Below the pieces are notes generated by a model. That model worked only from the letters and a program-made list of their open reading frames with translations. It had not been told where the DNA came from and made no database searches. Below are positions 51,567-64,000 of a stretch of 64,000 nt of DNA, piece by piece. Numbering within the stretch: the stretch's first letter is position 1; each line of letters begins with the position of its first letter. Origin of the DNA: Euprymna scolopes (Eukaryota); assembly GCA_053919585.1 (NCBI GenBank), contig CM132804.1. One strand, written 5' to 3'. Position numbers and translations under genes: made by a program.

Positions 51567-53588
51567 TAATATATACGAAATCTGCAAGAATTAAAATATC
51601 ATATTTAAACGTACTTTATGACGGGCCCTACCAGGTGTTCGTGCTAGCTTAGATAAACACTTTTGCAGTTTTAACAAAAAAGTTACAATGATATCAGAGC
51701 GTCTCCATTTATACAACATTTACAGAATGACAACTTTAATATATTACATATGAATGAGTCCCCTGTGGAATTTCCACAGGTCCCACTAGTTATTATTATA
51801 ATCATTATTATTATTATTATCATTATTTTTTATTATTGTTATTATTATCATAAAAAACAGAACAATTGGAAACAATAAAAGTCAATTTCATCAAAACTAA
51901 AAAAAACCCAAAAAACAAAGAACAAGAACATAACAGGCAAACACATGATGAAGTCATTTCAGTGGCAAGATATGTTGAAAGCGATAAAACTAGCAAACAT
52001 TCTGAACGGCCAAAAAACAATACAGATGAATTCAAGAAATTGGAAAAGAAAAAAACATCGCCATTATCTTGAGAAAGCTACAGATAACACGTAGAAAACT
52101 ATATAACCAGAAAACTCGCAGTGCCACGATGAAATACTTGACTGCAGGTTTCAAAAATAAATATTCTTAGATGGATGACTTACGCAACACTTGAAAAAAT
52201 GTATCGCCGAAACCGACATACCTGACTGAATGAACAAAGTAAAACACAAAATGATAAAAAAACAACAAAAAGACAACGTGTTTACCAACCATGTGTTAAA
52301 TCCTGGCGGCCCAAGCGAAAGAACAAATTTTACAATTCTGTAAACAATAAATTGGTTCCTGATGAACCGAAAAGATGCTAAAAGAGAAAAATATAGATGG
52401 CATTATATGCCATTCTTAGATAAATGCTCTTGTAGGTATATAACATAATATGACCATTGCATAGATCAGCTACAAAGCACTTACGACAGAATCCTTCAAG
52501 CATAGATATTACACTACTCAAAGACGTACAAAATAAACAAGATTTATGTTGTGCCCTTCGGAAAAGGCGTGTAAAGAAAGACTCGAACGACGGCTTTAGG
52601 TTGAAAAGAATATAAATAAAAACAAAGAAAAGGTTATCGACATTTTCGTATTGATACACAGGATGTAGTCTCGCATTATCTCGCGTTATTTCGTGATATT
52701 GCCCCCTCGTGATTACTAAAGTTGTTTTTATACAATGATTAGAAGAGTTCCTTACGAGTGAGTTGGTAAGTCCATATAGCAATTAACAACAGCAAAGAAA
52801 TGGCAATATAAAAATTTACACTCGATCTAAGAACGGCATAATTTAACCGAGATATGAATATCATAACATATGTTGTTCATAGTGAAGTCTGCTCATTTTC
52901 TGCAGGGTCCTGGGTGAACAGGTACACCAATTTTTCCAGGGATGGAGGCTACTTAGAGGTATGCTTCGGGGTAAGAAAATTTAGTTCGTTTCACGGAATT
53001 TCATTTACAACCACATTCACGACTGTGATATTCTTTATCATAACTACTGGTTTTCATAGATAAGAATATTTAAAAAAAGGTGATATCGAATACAGACAAA
53101 ATACGCATCTTGTGTCTATGAATAACTTATAGCTATAAGAAAAGCAGGTAGAAATTCGAAAAGCCGATGAATATGACTATTATATCCGGCTACAGCATTC
53201 AAATAGAATTAGAAATGGAAACAGTTTACGTGCTAGAAATATATATATTTTTTTAATTCGAGACATCAGAGAACAAATTCAAATCAACAGACGTGCATTA
53301 GTAAATCTGAAAAAAAAAATGGATGATATACTCTGAGAAATTAAATCATATATAAGTAGCGGAATAACTGGAAGAATATAACTGGTTAGATATGCTTGTA
53401 AATAAATGGATGAGATAAAAATGAACTTTGTACCTTGATGAGACGATAAATAAAACTAATAAGTCTGCACAATGTACTAAATCGAATGCACAATGCTAAG
53501 CATAGCCCACTGTAAATAAAATAGAAAATGTAACACACACACACGCACACCACTCACACACACACACATATATATACATATTATATAT

Positions 53589-53634
<46 letters not shown>

Positions 53635-53637
<3 letters not shown>

Positions 53638-54954
53638 GGTGACCCAAAAAATCTAATTAGACCCCGTTTCTTAGTGTTTTTTTCCGAATGAAATGAAACT
53701 TTGGTCATAACTAGTTTATTATATTCAAAACATCACACCAAAACACTAGGCTCTTTGGCCTTTTTTCTCCGTTCTGCAGAATATGTTCTAGATGGCCTCC
53801 ATTTAGCTCCGTACATTTCTTGAGGCGCAGCACGTAGTTGTCCATGACGTTCTTACAGCCCGAATTGGTAGTGGCTTTCATCTCCTCCGTGATGGCTTCC
53901 TTGAGTTCCGTGATGGTGCTGGGTTTCCCTGCGTAGACTCTGTCATTAAGATAGCCCCAAAGAAAAACACCTGGGGGGGGGCTTAGGTCCGGGCTATGGG
54001 GTGCCAACTCAACGAAGTTCTCTTTCAGCCAATCTCGGGACAGGTTTGATGTGTGAGAACTCGCTCCGTCCTTCTAGATCCAGAACTTGCCCATGAGCTC
54101 CGGGTAGATGGTCTGGAGTTCACTCTTGAAGGTTTTGAGGACCTACACATAGCGCTCCTTGGTGACTGTCACTGCCGCACCAGATTTTTCGATGAAGATT
54201 AGTCCGATGATGATTCTGGCCGAGATTGTAGCCCATACCGTGCACTTAGGAGAGTGTAGGGGATTGGTGGCTACTTCAGTGGGACTGCAGGACCCCCAGA
54301 AGATATTTGTCTTGGAGCTCGCCTTTCCTTCAAGATGTAAGTGGGCTTCATCTGAGGTCTAAAGGAGGTTCATGGAAACTTGGTGTCTCCTCGATCTTCT
54401 CGAGCATCTTGACTGCCATAGCCCTCATCGGCATCTTGTCTGAGGCTGTAAGGGTCTGCAGCGTCTGTATTCTGTATGGGTAAGCCCTGATATCGTTCAC
54501 CAGCACTCTCCTGCAAGTGTCACGGGACATACCGTGGAGCTGACTTTGCTTACGCACAGAGCGTTTCGGACTCTGCTGGAGAGACTCTCTCACTCGTTCG
54601 ACCAGCTCGGCTGTTCGTTTCTTGGGATGTCGTGAGTGGTTTGGACAGTTCTCTCTGGCAGCGTTAAGTTTCTCCACGGTCCACCATACTTCTCGAAGTG
54701 GTCCACCCAGTTCTGAATTCTGCTTTTGGATGGAGCCTTTTCACATTCGAACTGACGCATGAAACTGTCATGGATTTTCTTAGACGAGCCTGTCTTGTAG
54801 TAAAATTAAACACAGTTTATTCTTTGTCCCAACTTCCACTGGGGGCTTGGTGTACTCACGGTCTTTTATTCTGCCATGTCCTGTAAAAGAAGGGCAATCG
54901 GTGAATAAATAATGGAGATAGCACATAAAGTGTACACTGGGCCCGTTTTTTTGC

Positions 54955-54960
<6 letters not shown>
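53635..54960 (-). pseudogene. Near full-length Tc1/mariner-superfamily (rosa/DD41D-like) element with a frameshifted transposase
   Basis: Fragments SPKRSVRK...AYPYRIQTLQ (54348-54677), SDEAHLH, and HSPDLSP...FLWGYLNDRVY (53711-54007). Ends TA-cagggtgacccaaaaaa and a decayed counterpart ttttttgcgtctc; (TA)n at both flanks. Confidence 0.88.
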
Positions 54961-55034
<74 letters not shown>

Positions 55035-55191
55035 TTCAGAATAAAATAATTTAAGACTCAACTCGCATGGAAGTTATTTAGAGTGGAATTCAAACTCATA
55101 TTCTGTATTTCTAAACAAATATTAAATATATCAACTTATATGTTTAGTAATAAACAGATCCACCGAATCTATACACACACACACACACACT

Positions 55192-55256
<65 letters not shown>

Positions 55257-55630
55257 CCGGACCCATTATATAAACAAATAAAATTGCTCCAAGAAAATGC
55301 CTACATCGGACACTTACATTATGATGTGGATTACTCAAAATACAGTTTGGATCTTTTACAACACTGCTATCAAAGACATTCACTTCGGATGTTACCATAA
55401 AATTAGGATGTGACTTTTTATATCCTTTTCATTAACTTCCTGTACTGTATGACATTTATATACTTAAACAATTTTTAATTGAGATCTTCATGCCCCACTG
55501 GCTTTAGCAAATACGGTGTAAACCATTATAACTATTTGCCAATATTTTCTCCTCTTAAGAAAGAGTAGACATCGTAGTCCTATATGGATAAGGAGTTATA
55601 CTATTTCAAATGTATTCTTTGTCTTACATA

Positions 55631-55705
55631 GAATAATAAAAATATTTTGATTTTAAATTTAAACATTTCATATCGTAATTTTTTTTAATTCATTGAATGA
55701 CTAAA

Positions 55706-55783
<78 letters not shown>

Positions 55784-55870
55784 TAGATATATATGATTTT
55801 AGTCATTCAATGAATTTAACACGTTATTATATGAAATCTTTGAATTCAAATCAAATTATTTTTATTATTC
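55631..55870. repeat. AT-rich inverted repeat enclosing an (AT)n(AGAT)n microsatellite
   Basis: aattcattgaatgactaaaatcatata / tatatgattttagtcattcaatgaatt form perfect inner arms; weaker pairing extends outward to ~80 bp. Confidence 0.8.
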
Positions 55871-58800
55871 TATATATATACATCAAAATAACTAGAACTA
55901 CAGAAAGCGATGAACAAGACCGGAAAGAGCAATAGAGAAAGCAAACGAATGAAAAAGAACGAAAACACAAACAACGGAAGAGAAGCGGCTACATTTACAA
56001 TTCATAAAAATGATAGGAAATGAGACTCACAGAAAACAAAAGCATAACTACGCTAACAGAGGAAAAGAATCGGTATCTGGAGAGCTTTACAGAATTATGC
56101 GATTAGAATTAAATACATAATGCTAAATTAGATAAACCCCAGATAAACAGTAAATGGTTAATCTATGAACCAAAATGTAAACATAGAACACTAGACAATC
56201 GGGGAATGCAACAAACGTGTATTGAGAAGAAAAACCCCAAAATTCTTGTGCTGGAATTAACTGACATAACACCACATAACCGAAAAGACGAATAAACTTC
56301 AAAAACTGAAGCTAGAAAATTCTTCCTGGGCCTTCACATGGCAAGGGCAAAGAGGACTAGGAAATTAAGGATGCTTATTACTAACCAAATTCCAGTAATG
56401 TACTATAGTCATTGCCTACGAAGAGAGCAATACACACCGGTTGTGATGCCGAAAATTAATTAGCAAATCTTACTTAAAAACGTTATTCCATACTGGAAAT
56501 CTGGGGAGCCTTGTTATAACCCAGACTCAATCAAAACTATCGATTGTTCTAAGAGAACAGTCTTTGCTCGTGCATTTGGGTACTCATAGAGGAGTAGAAA
56601 TATAAGGGAGTAAGTCCTGTCGAATGGTGTGTTATATGAAAATGAGAATGGGTCATATAATTGATGTTTTATTTCACTATTAAAGTGCTCTTTTGTATCA
56701 TCATAGCATCATTGTTTACACAGCCGCACATCGAGACTTCCTACAGATTTCTGGGGTTTCTGGTTCTTTATGAAATATGTTGGAAGCAGGAAATCGAATT
56801 CCTTCAGCAACGCTAAAAGTATTTTCTTTTTTCCCACACCGTTTGTGAAATGTCCTTAAGTTAGATCTTGTTAGTAAAGTATTCTTACCCGTTAAAGACA
56901 ATACCTAGGAATTGCTACCCCGTTAATAATTCGTCCTTGGATTTCTACAAGTTACAATGTCAAATAAGCCTTGATAAAAATCGCCCAATAAATGGTCAAA
57001 TGCATTTCTATTATTACATAACATAGTGCCGACGACAATAGGCAATTCTTTCGGCCGATAATTTGTTGTTCTAAAAATTCAAATGACAATCATTTAGCGG
57101 TAAGGAAAAGGAAAGCTATAAAGATGTGAGGGCGCGATCAAGACGTGAATGGCCTTCTAGAGCACGTTCGAAACGATGATCATGTGAGAGACGTTACAGC
57201 CGTAACGTGAAATCACACATTGTGCTAAAATGAGTAAATAAATATTGTACAACTGAAAATGCGAGTTAAAGTTATTTCTTATTTTTTGTTTACTTTGTAA
57301 CTGAGGTTACAACGTGTCGCTTATCGGAAAACGTCACAATCGTCAAACGTTTGGTCACCAGTGGTGTTTTTTCATCTTCCAGCTGACCATCTATCCTAGC
57401 GCATTAATCCATATGCTGTATATATATTTATACATTCAGTAAGAGTTTGCACACAAGGTATATTAAGTGATTACTCATAATTAGTATTCCATTGTATCCT
57501 GTGAAACAAACTCCCCAGATGCCCATCTTTGTCTATCTCCCTGGTATCTTTCGCTTTCCGTGTCGCAACAATTGTTCTTCATTGTTTATTGCTTGTAAAA
57601 CCCGTTGGCAATCTGTGGATTGTAGGTGCAATAAAACCTATCAGATTACTCTATGAACGTCTCCAATTACTAAGAATGCAGTTAGGAGAGGTGACCCTAG
57701 GATACTTTTTTTTCAGGTTACGATGTAGAATACGATATTTTCTTTCCGGCTCCTGCTTACGGTATATTCCCAGGCTTACGGTGTTATTTAGAATGTTATT
57801 TGATTATATGTACGTGTAATTATACTGTAGTGTATTTTCTTACTATTTTTAATGAGGTATTCCGGGGTTCTACTGTACTTAATTATGTGATCGTCTATTT
57901 ATACGACGAAGAAAAATATTTATCTGGGTTATATGAATCGTATGCGTTTTTATCAATCATATAAAAGGTGTTTTCTATTATTTTGGGCAAAACAAGGATA
58001 ATTAAAATAATCACATGGCGCATTGTTATTTTAATATTTAATTTAAAAATATAGCTGGAAATGATTTAATTAAACATGAATAAATAGATAAATAATTTAT
58101 TAAAGATACAAAATAACGACACTGACTTTTTTTTAATTAAGAAACATTAAAAAAAGATTAATATTTTGAGGGTGGGAAAAATTCGAGTCATTGAATCCTT
58201 AATATGTTTAATTGAGAAACATTAAAAAAAGATTAATATTTTGAGGGTGTCAAAATTTCGAGTAATTGGAGTCTGAGGAAAGTGGCCATTTTGGCTTAAA
58301 AAATAACTTACTAAAAAAAAACAGCTACAACCCTCAAACATTTCATTTAATGAACGAAGATTATTATATCATTTCAGAGAATATAAAGCATATTTTCGAT
58401 TAGGATTAAAAAAGATTAACCAAAATACATTATTTAGAAGTGTTGTCTCCTTTTAAAATAATTTATTTAACTAAGTGTAATGATTACAATAAGCTTCAAG
58501 CACTTAAGATTCCATAAAATAGAACAATCAACTGAAACCTCCACGTAAAGCTTATTTTTCGTCGTCTCTTTATTATATCGATGTCACAGACTTTCCGTAT
58601 TTTATCTCTCTTTTTATTATTCTGATCCATCAAAAACTTTAGACGATATCCTGTTTATATTCGTAATTTCTGCTCCACAAAACGAATCCGATTCTCTCTC
58701 GGTTCACTGGCTATATCTATAGCGGCATATGCCGACGTAACAGTTCCGTAAATTTGATGATTGTCCGATTTTATTTAAAATCAAAAACAATAACAGAATA

Positions 58801-61800
58801 TCAACAAGAAGAGGAAACAGCGATGTGAAATCCAGAAATAAACACGTAAAATAATGTTTTACAGTAACAAAAAAAAAAAATCTGGATGGAAGTTCTGAGA
58901 ACAAAAGAAAATCAACCATCGATTCACCTGTACAAGAAGAAATATGTAAAAACGTCAGGAAAAGTTATCGGTTTAAACATCTGCCCTACCTTACTTATTT
59001 CAAAATGTTTCACCAGACATATTGCTTGGTAGACATCAATTTACTCTTACGATACATCTATATACACTAACAACGTAAAAGTACATTATATTAAAAAGAT
59101 TGAATTCCGTAATGTTACATATCTGCATTTATTTTGACTGCTGTTCGGACGTACTTAGAAAAATCTAACCCTTTCATTAATACTCATTTAGAATGAAACC
59201 TACTATTTTTGCTATGAATCACAGTCTCGATAGCAATATGCCTTATTTTTTTTAGGAATAAAATAAAACAAACAATAACAACTAAAGCATACATAGATTT
59301 TCTTGTTAAGTTAAGCTGATTATATGAAGTATCATTCTCATTCTGGTTGTTATTTTCACAACCTTTGGCCCGATATAACGAAGTTCCATACAAAACTTGA
59401 GAAACAAAACGGAATGTGTAATTCACCTTTTTTGAATCCATAAAAATAGATATATATGAAATTTATATGAGAATATAGCGTAGTATTCGCGTTTCCAGAG
59501 TGTTTAACTTGAACCGGACTAGGATTTTATGGAATATCAAACCCACAAGTGTTCTGCAGTCACATAAATATTCTTGCCATGGAGAAAAGACATGCAGTTC
59601 ATAGTATTTTAAATAGTAATCAAAATGGTACTAACAGTACTAGACTTCGCTCAAGTTCAAATGTTTCAATCTAATGCTGTATAAGGTGCAACACAGAATA
59701 CTGTTGGGGAAAAGGTGACTTTTTAAGATGTGTTTAATTTTAGGCCAAGTTGAATTGACTTATCAAATTTACAACTTCTGGTAAAAGCAGAGCGATGTGA
59801 TGTAATAAAATTGGGATCGATTCAAAAGATCTTATTTCGTCGTTTACCATAAAATAATACATGAGACCTAATCATATTTTCGTCAGAGTTATTCCATTTT
59901 AACTTGATCATACACCTTAGATAGCTGCGTGTTTTGTATGACTCAATCCAGGATTGGAACCTTGTCTCGTAACGTATTAGCTTACACTAACTATAATATG
60001 CCAAGTTCGACTCATAGTTATGAATAATAGCACATTTTTGTCAACTTAAGTTAACTTAACCAAACGTTCAATATTTTTCTTCCTTTACTTGTTTATCATA
60101 TTCCTATCTTTTTTTGTATATCAAGGGGGTTATCTCTTTGCACTCACTAGGTATATGTTTAGGTTGTTAATTTACGAAATATTTGAAGTAAGATATAACA
60201 GGTAGCAAAGGTTTCGCAACAAGACACGTTATATAAATCTATCGGAATAAAGTGACGTACATTACGATAATTCTCGTCGCATTTAAAAAAATCGTAAATG
60301 TTATTTATAGTTTACTCATCATTAAGTAGCATACAGATATGGGCGAAACATTTATGGCGTATTTGAAAACGTGTCTAGCAGAGACAAGCAATGGACGGAG
60401 TTTGATTCTTTCAGAAAAATTGATCTTTAACGGGAATGATAGGTGCTAGACTAGCGAATATTTGAGAAAGCATGTAAGTTTCAACTGTTCACCGACGGGG
60501 GCCGAAAAAACGCCTTACATAAGCCAAAAAGACCCTCATCCTACAGAGCCAGATATCTTGTCAATGATTCTCTGTCTTTCTTACAACACGTTAAACAAGT
60601 GTTGATCTTACAGTTACGCGCATCATGAAAACGAAATTATGTATTCATTGAAGGGTTTCTCAGAAATGTATTGCCATTCCGCCCGAAATTTTCGAAAAGA
60701 TCTTAGATTAATTGAAAATGACTCTATTAACACACTGTTCACTTCTAGTATGCGTTGGTATGAGATAATTGTGGTCGAAATACAATCCATCTGGCAACAT
60801 AAATAAGTTGATGTATACCGTTGCCAACATTATCTGTTTCTAAATAATTATAGGCATTTATTAATGAAACAATTCGAAAATATGAAAGAGTTATACATTA
60901 TTGGTTCCATAATTTCATCCTGAAATACAAGACACCCTTATATAATGACTAGGAATAGGAGAACATCATATTTTTTCATTGTTCTGATTCTCGAGTGTGT
61001 AACCCTTGATATCTTCTATGCTTTTATATAGAGTAATATGGTTGTCGGTTTACTGTGTCTAACTGTGTCGGATATATACTCGAAAGTCAAAACAATGAAA
61101 AGAATATGGTGTTGTCATATCACTACGAATGACGCATCCTACGATTTATATCATAGAATATCTTCTTTAAATATGTATCAGATTTACAGATTACGATATT
61201 ATTTGTATCGTTGGGAATCTTTATATATTCGATGTTATTTCTAAAATGAACGTCGTGATTTATAACGCGGCCGTGTAAAGGTGCGTATATTTTAACATTG
61301 GATAATTTATGTTGAACTCAAGAATCCGTACAAAGTGTTCAACCGATTTTTAATATGTCAAAGTGCTAGATTGATTTTATCTCGTCACGTAGTACTTGAT
61401 AGACGAATTAAATGTTTTTATTACCATTGTCTATTATAGTGAACATTGCACTTTTAAAGTCTAGAAGTGTGTCTTATAGAACCGATTATTATTTATCCTT
61501 TAATTCGCTGACCTACACCTTCGACTAATCCAAATGGCACATAATATTTTAATATTTTTGGAATCCGGAGCAATACACCAGCTTTTAGACTGGTTGGTTT
61601 TCCTACTTTACAATTGGTTAGTAAAATAATCAATAGAACACATATCTATTACACTTTCCCGGTAAGATTCATTGAATTGGTGTTGATTGAAAACAGTTAA
61701 TTTTGTTATATTTTCGAACATATTGTACAGTGTTTTCATTTTTTCTTGCACGTATTGACAGTAACGTTAATTATTGCTTACATAAAATGTTAGAATAATA

Positions 61801-62339
61801 TATATTTTATGTGTCAATTATAATGATATAGTTCAACAGTGCTGAACACGTAATATATGAATATATAAAAAGCAATTATAAGAAACATTAAATAAAATTA
61901 TACCGAGTGAGCAAAAAGAAGCGGAAGCGAGCAGATGGCAAAAATTAGAAGAAAAAAAAGAAGAAAAGAGTGTCATTGCGTTTCAAAAAACAAGAAAAGA
62001 AAAAGCAGAGTATCAGTGCGCTTCACGTAACACGTGTTTAATCTTGTGACAAGGTAGGGAAACTAAAAATACCAGGTTAGAACTTATTTGTAATTCTATG
62101 GAAATGGTCCTTGTGCTTTGTCAGGAAAGTCAGTTGCTGGCAACGGAGAGGAGGTGCCACCAAATGTCGTCAAAAGTGTATCTTTAAATAAGGAGACTTA
62201 ACCGAGGATTTCGGTTGAAGTTGCAGTAATGACCAGTGCAGACACTGGACCCCCTTTGCATCATGGCACCTTTTTCCACACGTCCTATCTCCGGCTACAT
62301 GCACTTATAAGAATTATATATTTGTTGACGTAAGAAACA

Positions 62340-63133
62340 GCTACAACTAAACACCTACGGCGAGAGAGCGATATCCGTTCGAATCACACTCGCATCGACT
62401 GGAAAAACTTCTTGAGGGATATTTGACAAGATTTTTCCAGACCGGTCGGAGTCTCAGGGCACACGGTGAAAGTTGACGAGTTAGTCTTTAGTAGACTGAA
62501 ACATAATGACACGAGGGTAATCGAAACGCTCTGGATCTTCAGAAGATACGACCCTGCGGAGAAGGAGGGTTTTCTTTTCGCAGCCACAGACCGTAACTGG
62601 GAAACCATCCTTCTATTATTATCTGCTGAAGACCACGATGTCTCTGATTGCCAGAGAGCGTACGGTAAAGTAAGATCCAGTGGGTACGAACGCCTTACAG
62701 TAAACCACACCGTTAAATTCGTAGACATTACAATGGCTACCAGACAGTATGTGGAAAAGATGTAGGAGGGGCAAACAGATAAATAACGGAGGGTGACAGT
62801 AATTCATGTGAATTTATGTTGTGAGAAAAATTCGGAAAGGATCGTTTTGTCTCTATCATAAATCGTATTGAAGAAAGCTACGCACTTCAAGAATGTCTCC
62901 TTCTACATTCAATAATAACCTTCCTCATCGTCATCAGCTGTATTCCTTCAACTATGAGAAAATAATATCCATAATTAAAATTGCATAGCCTCAGGAACAC
63001 AGAAAAGTATAAGGCTAACCTTAACCAGCAATAACTGAAAAATATTAACAACCAAACTGAAAAATATGACAGAAAATTCAGGAAAACTATTTGGCAGAAA
63101 AATACATTTAAAAAATGCCATTGTCGGCTGTTC
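62340..63133 (+). pseudogene. Merlin (IS1016/ISXO2-like DDE) transposase pseudogene
   Basis: GHTVKVDELVFSRLKHN...WIF...FLF..TDR..ETIL...VSDCQRAY...GYERLTVNHTVKFVD...TRQYVEKM matches the VE.DE / SDCW.AY / H..VNH..FVD / TQ..E..W pattern. Deletions and a stop are present; possible TIR end gctgttcc at ~63133. Confidence 0.85.
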
Positions 63134-64000
63134 CATACTCTACTTTGAGTATTTTTTTTTTTAAATTCCTCTAAAAGTAGACCATTTTCATTGAAAAAAT
63201 GCTATCGAAAATATGTATATATTTCTAAATGAAAATGTTGGTTGTGCCTTAAAACTTAGCAAATACTTTTTTCATTAATTTAAAGGCAAAATAAATTTTC
63301 CATTTTTGTTGACTAATTCAAAGAAACAAAATTTTATTTCAAAAAAAAAATGTTGCAATAAAAAAATGAAGCAGTAAAATAAATAAGATTAGTTAGTTGT
63401 TTTATTTATGTTTTTTCGTTGTTTTTTTTGTTTTATTTTTTATTGATTTCCGTTCGCTCGGAAGATTATGACGGTTTTCGTCAGCTGCCAGGCGTTGCCG
63501 AGCGAGACTCACAAGGAAACAGGGTTAATACTGCACAATGAATCGTCATGAAAATTTCCTCACCTAAAGAAATGATATACGTTTGAATAGTTTCTTAACA
63601 TAATACTTGAATTATATTTTACAAAATTATTACAAAACAAAAAAAAATATCCTAACGTTCACGAAATTTCATCGGACCGTTAATAAATATTCTTCGTGCT
63701 TCTCTTTTTCATCCTCTCTTCCTTTCTGTGGCACGGTTTGTTTAAATGTAAAACAACCAAACAAAAAATGTATGTTTACTATGTTGTTGTTCTAAACACT
63801 TGTTGATATGCAATATTTTGAAATGTGTTAAGTGTTATAGCAAACGCCTCGCGAAATTTGGTGCATCCGTTGAAGTCAATATTACAAAAATACCCGTATT
63901 TACGCCCATATGTTTGGAGGGAAATTAGTGCTTTCAAATATAATTAATGAGAATGTTCGTAAACATTTTGGTTCTTCTCCGTTATTGTTGTGAAATTCGG

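Overview
AT-rich eukaryotic (invertebrate animal-like) DNA with about 12 N-gaps, made almost entirely of microsatellites and decayed mobile elements. I found no convincing intact host protein-coding gene; most ORFs in the track come from microsatellites, gaps or transposon debris. Recognisable mobile-element relics: R4/Dong-type REL retrotransposons, an RTE LINE, a long but broken Tx1/L1-clade LINE, CR1/L2-like LINE ends, three Tc1/mariner transposase pseudogenes, a Merlin transposase pseudogene, Helitron-like non-autonomous elements and a solo LTR with a target-site duplication. A 3.2-kb 61-bp satellite has a 10-monomer higher-order repeat. The most interesting signal is RNA-level. Several small non-coding elements carry type-I hammerhead ribozymes: one is fused to a tRNA-Ala-derived head (6085-6204), and a 132-bp palindrome encodes an intact-looking hammerhead on each strand (38671-38802). 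Three unrelated families share the same head-to-head inverted geometry. A ~380-nt tandemly repeated, apparently covarying structured RNA of unknown identity lies at 40050-40922. All calls are by eye; no searches or folding programs were run.
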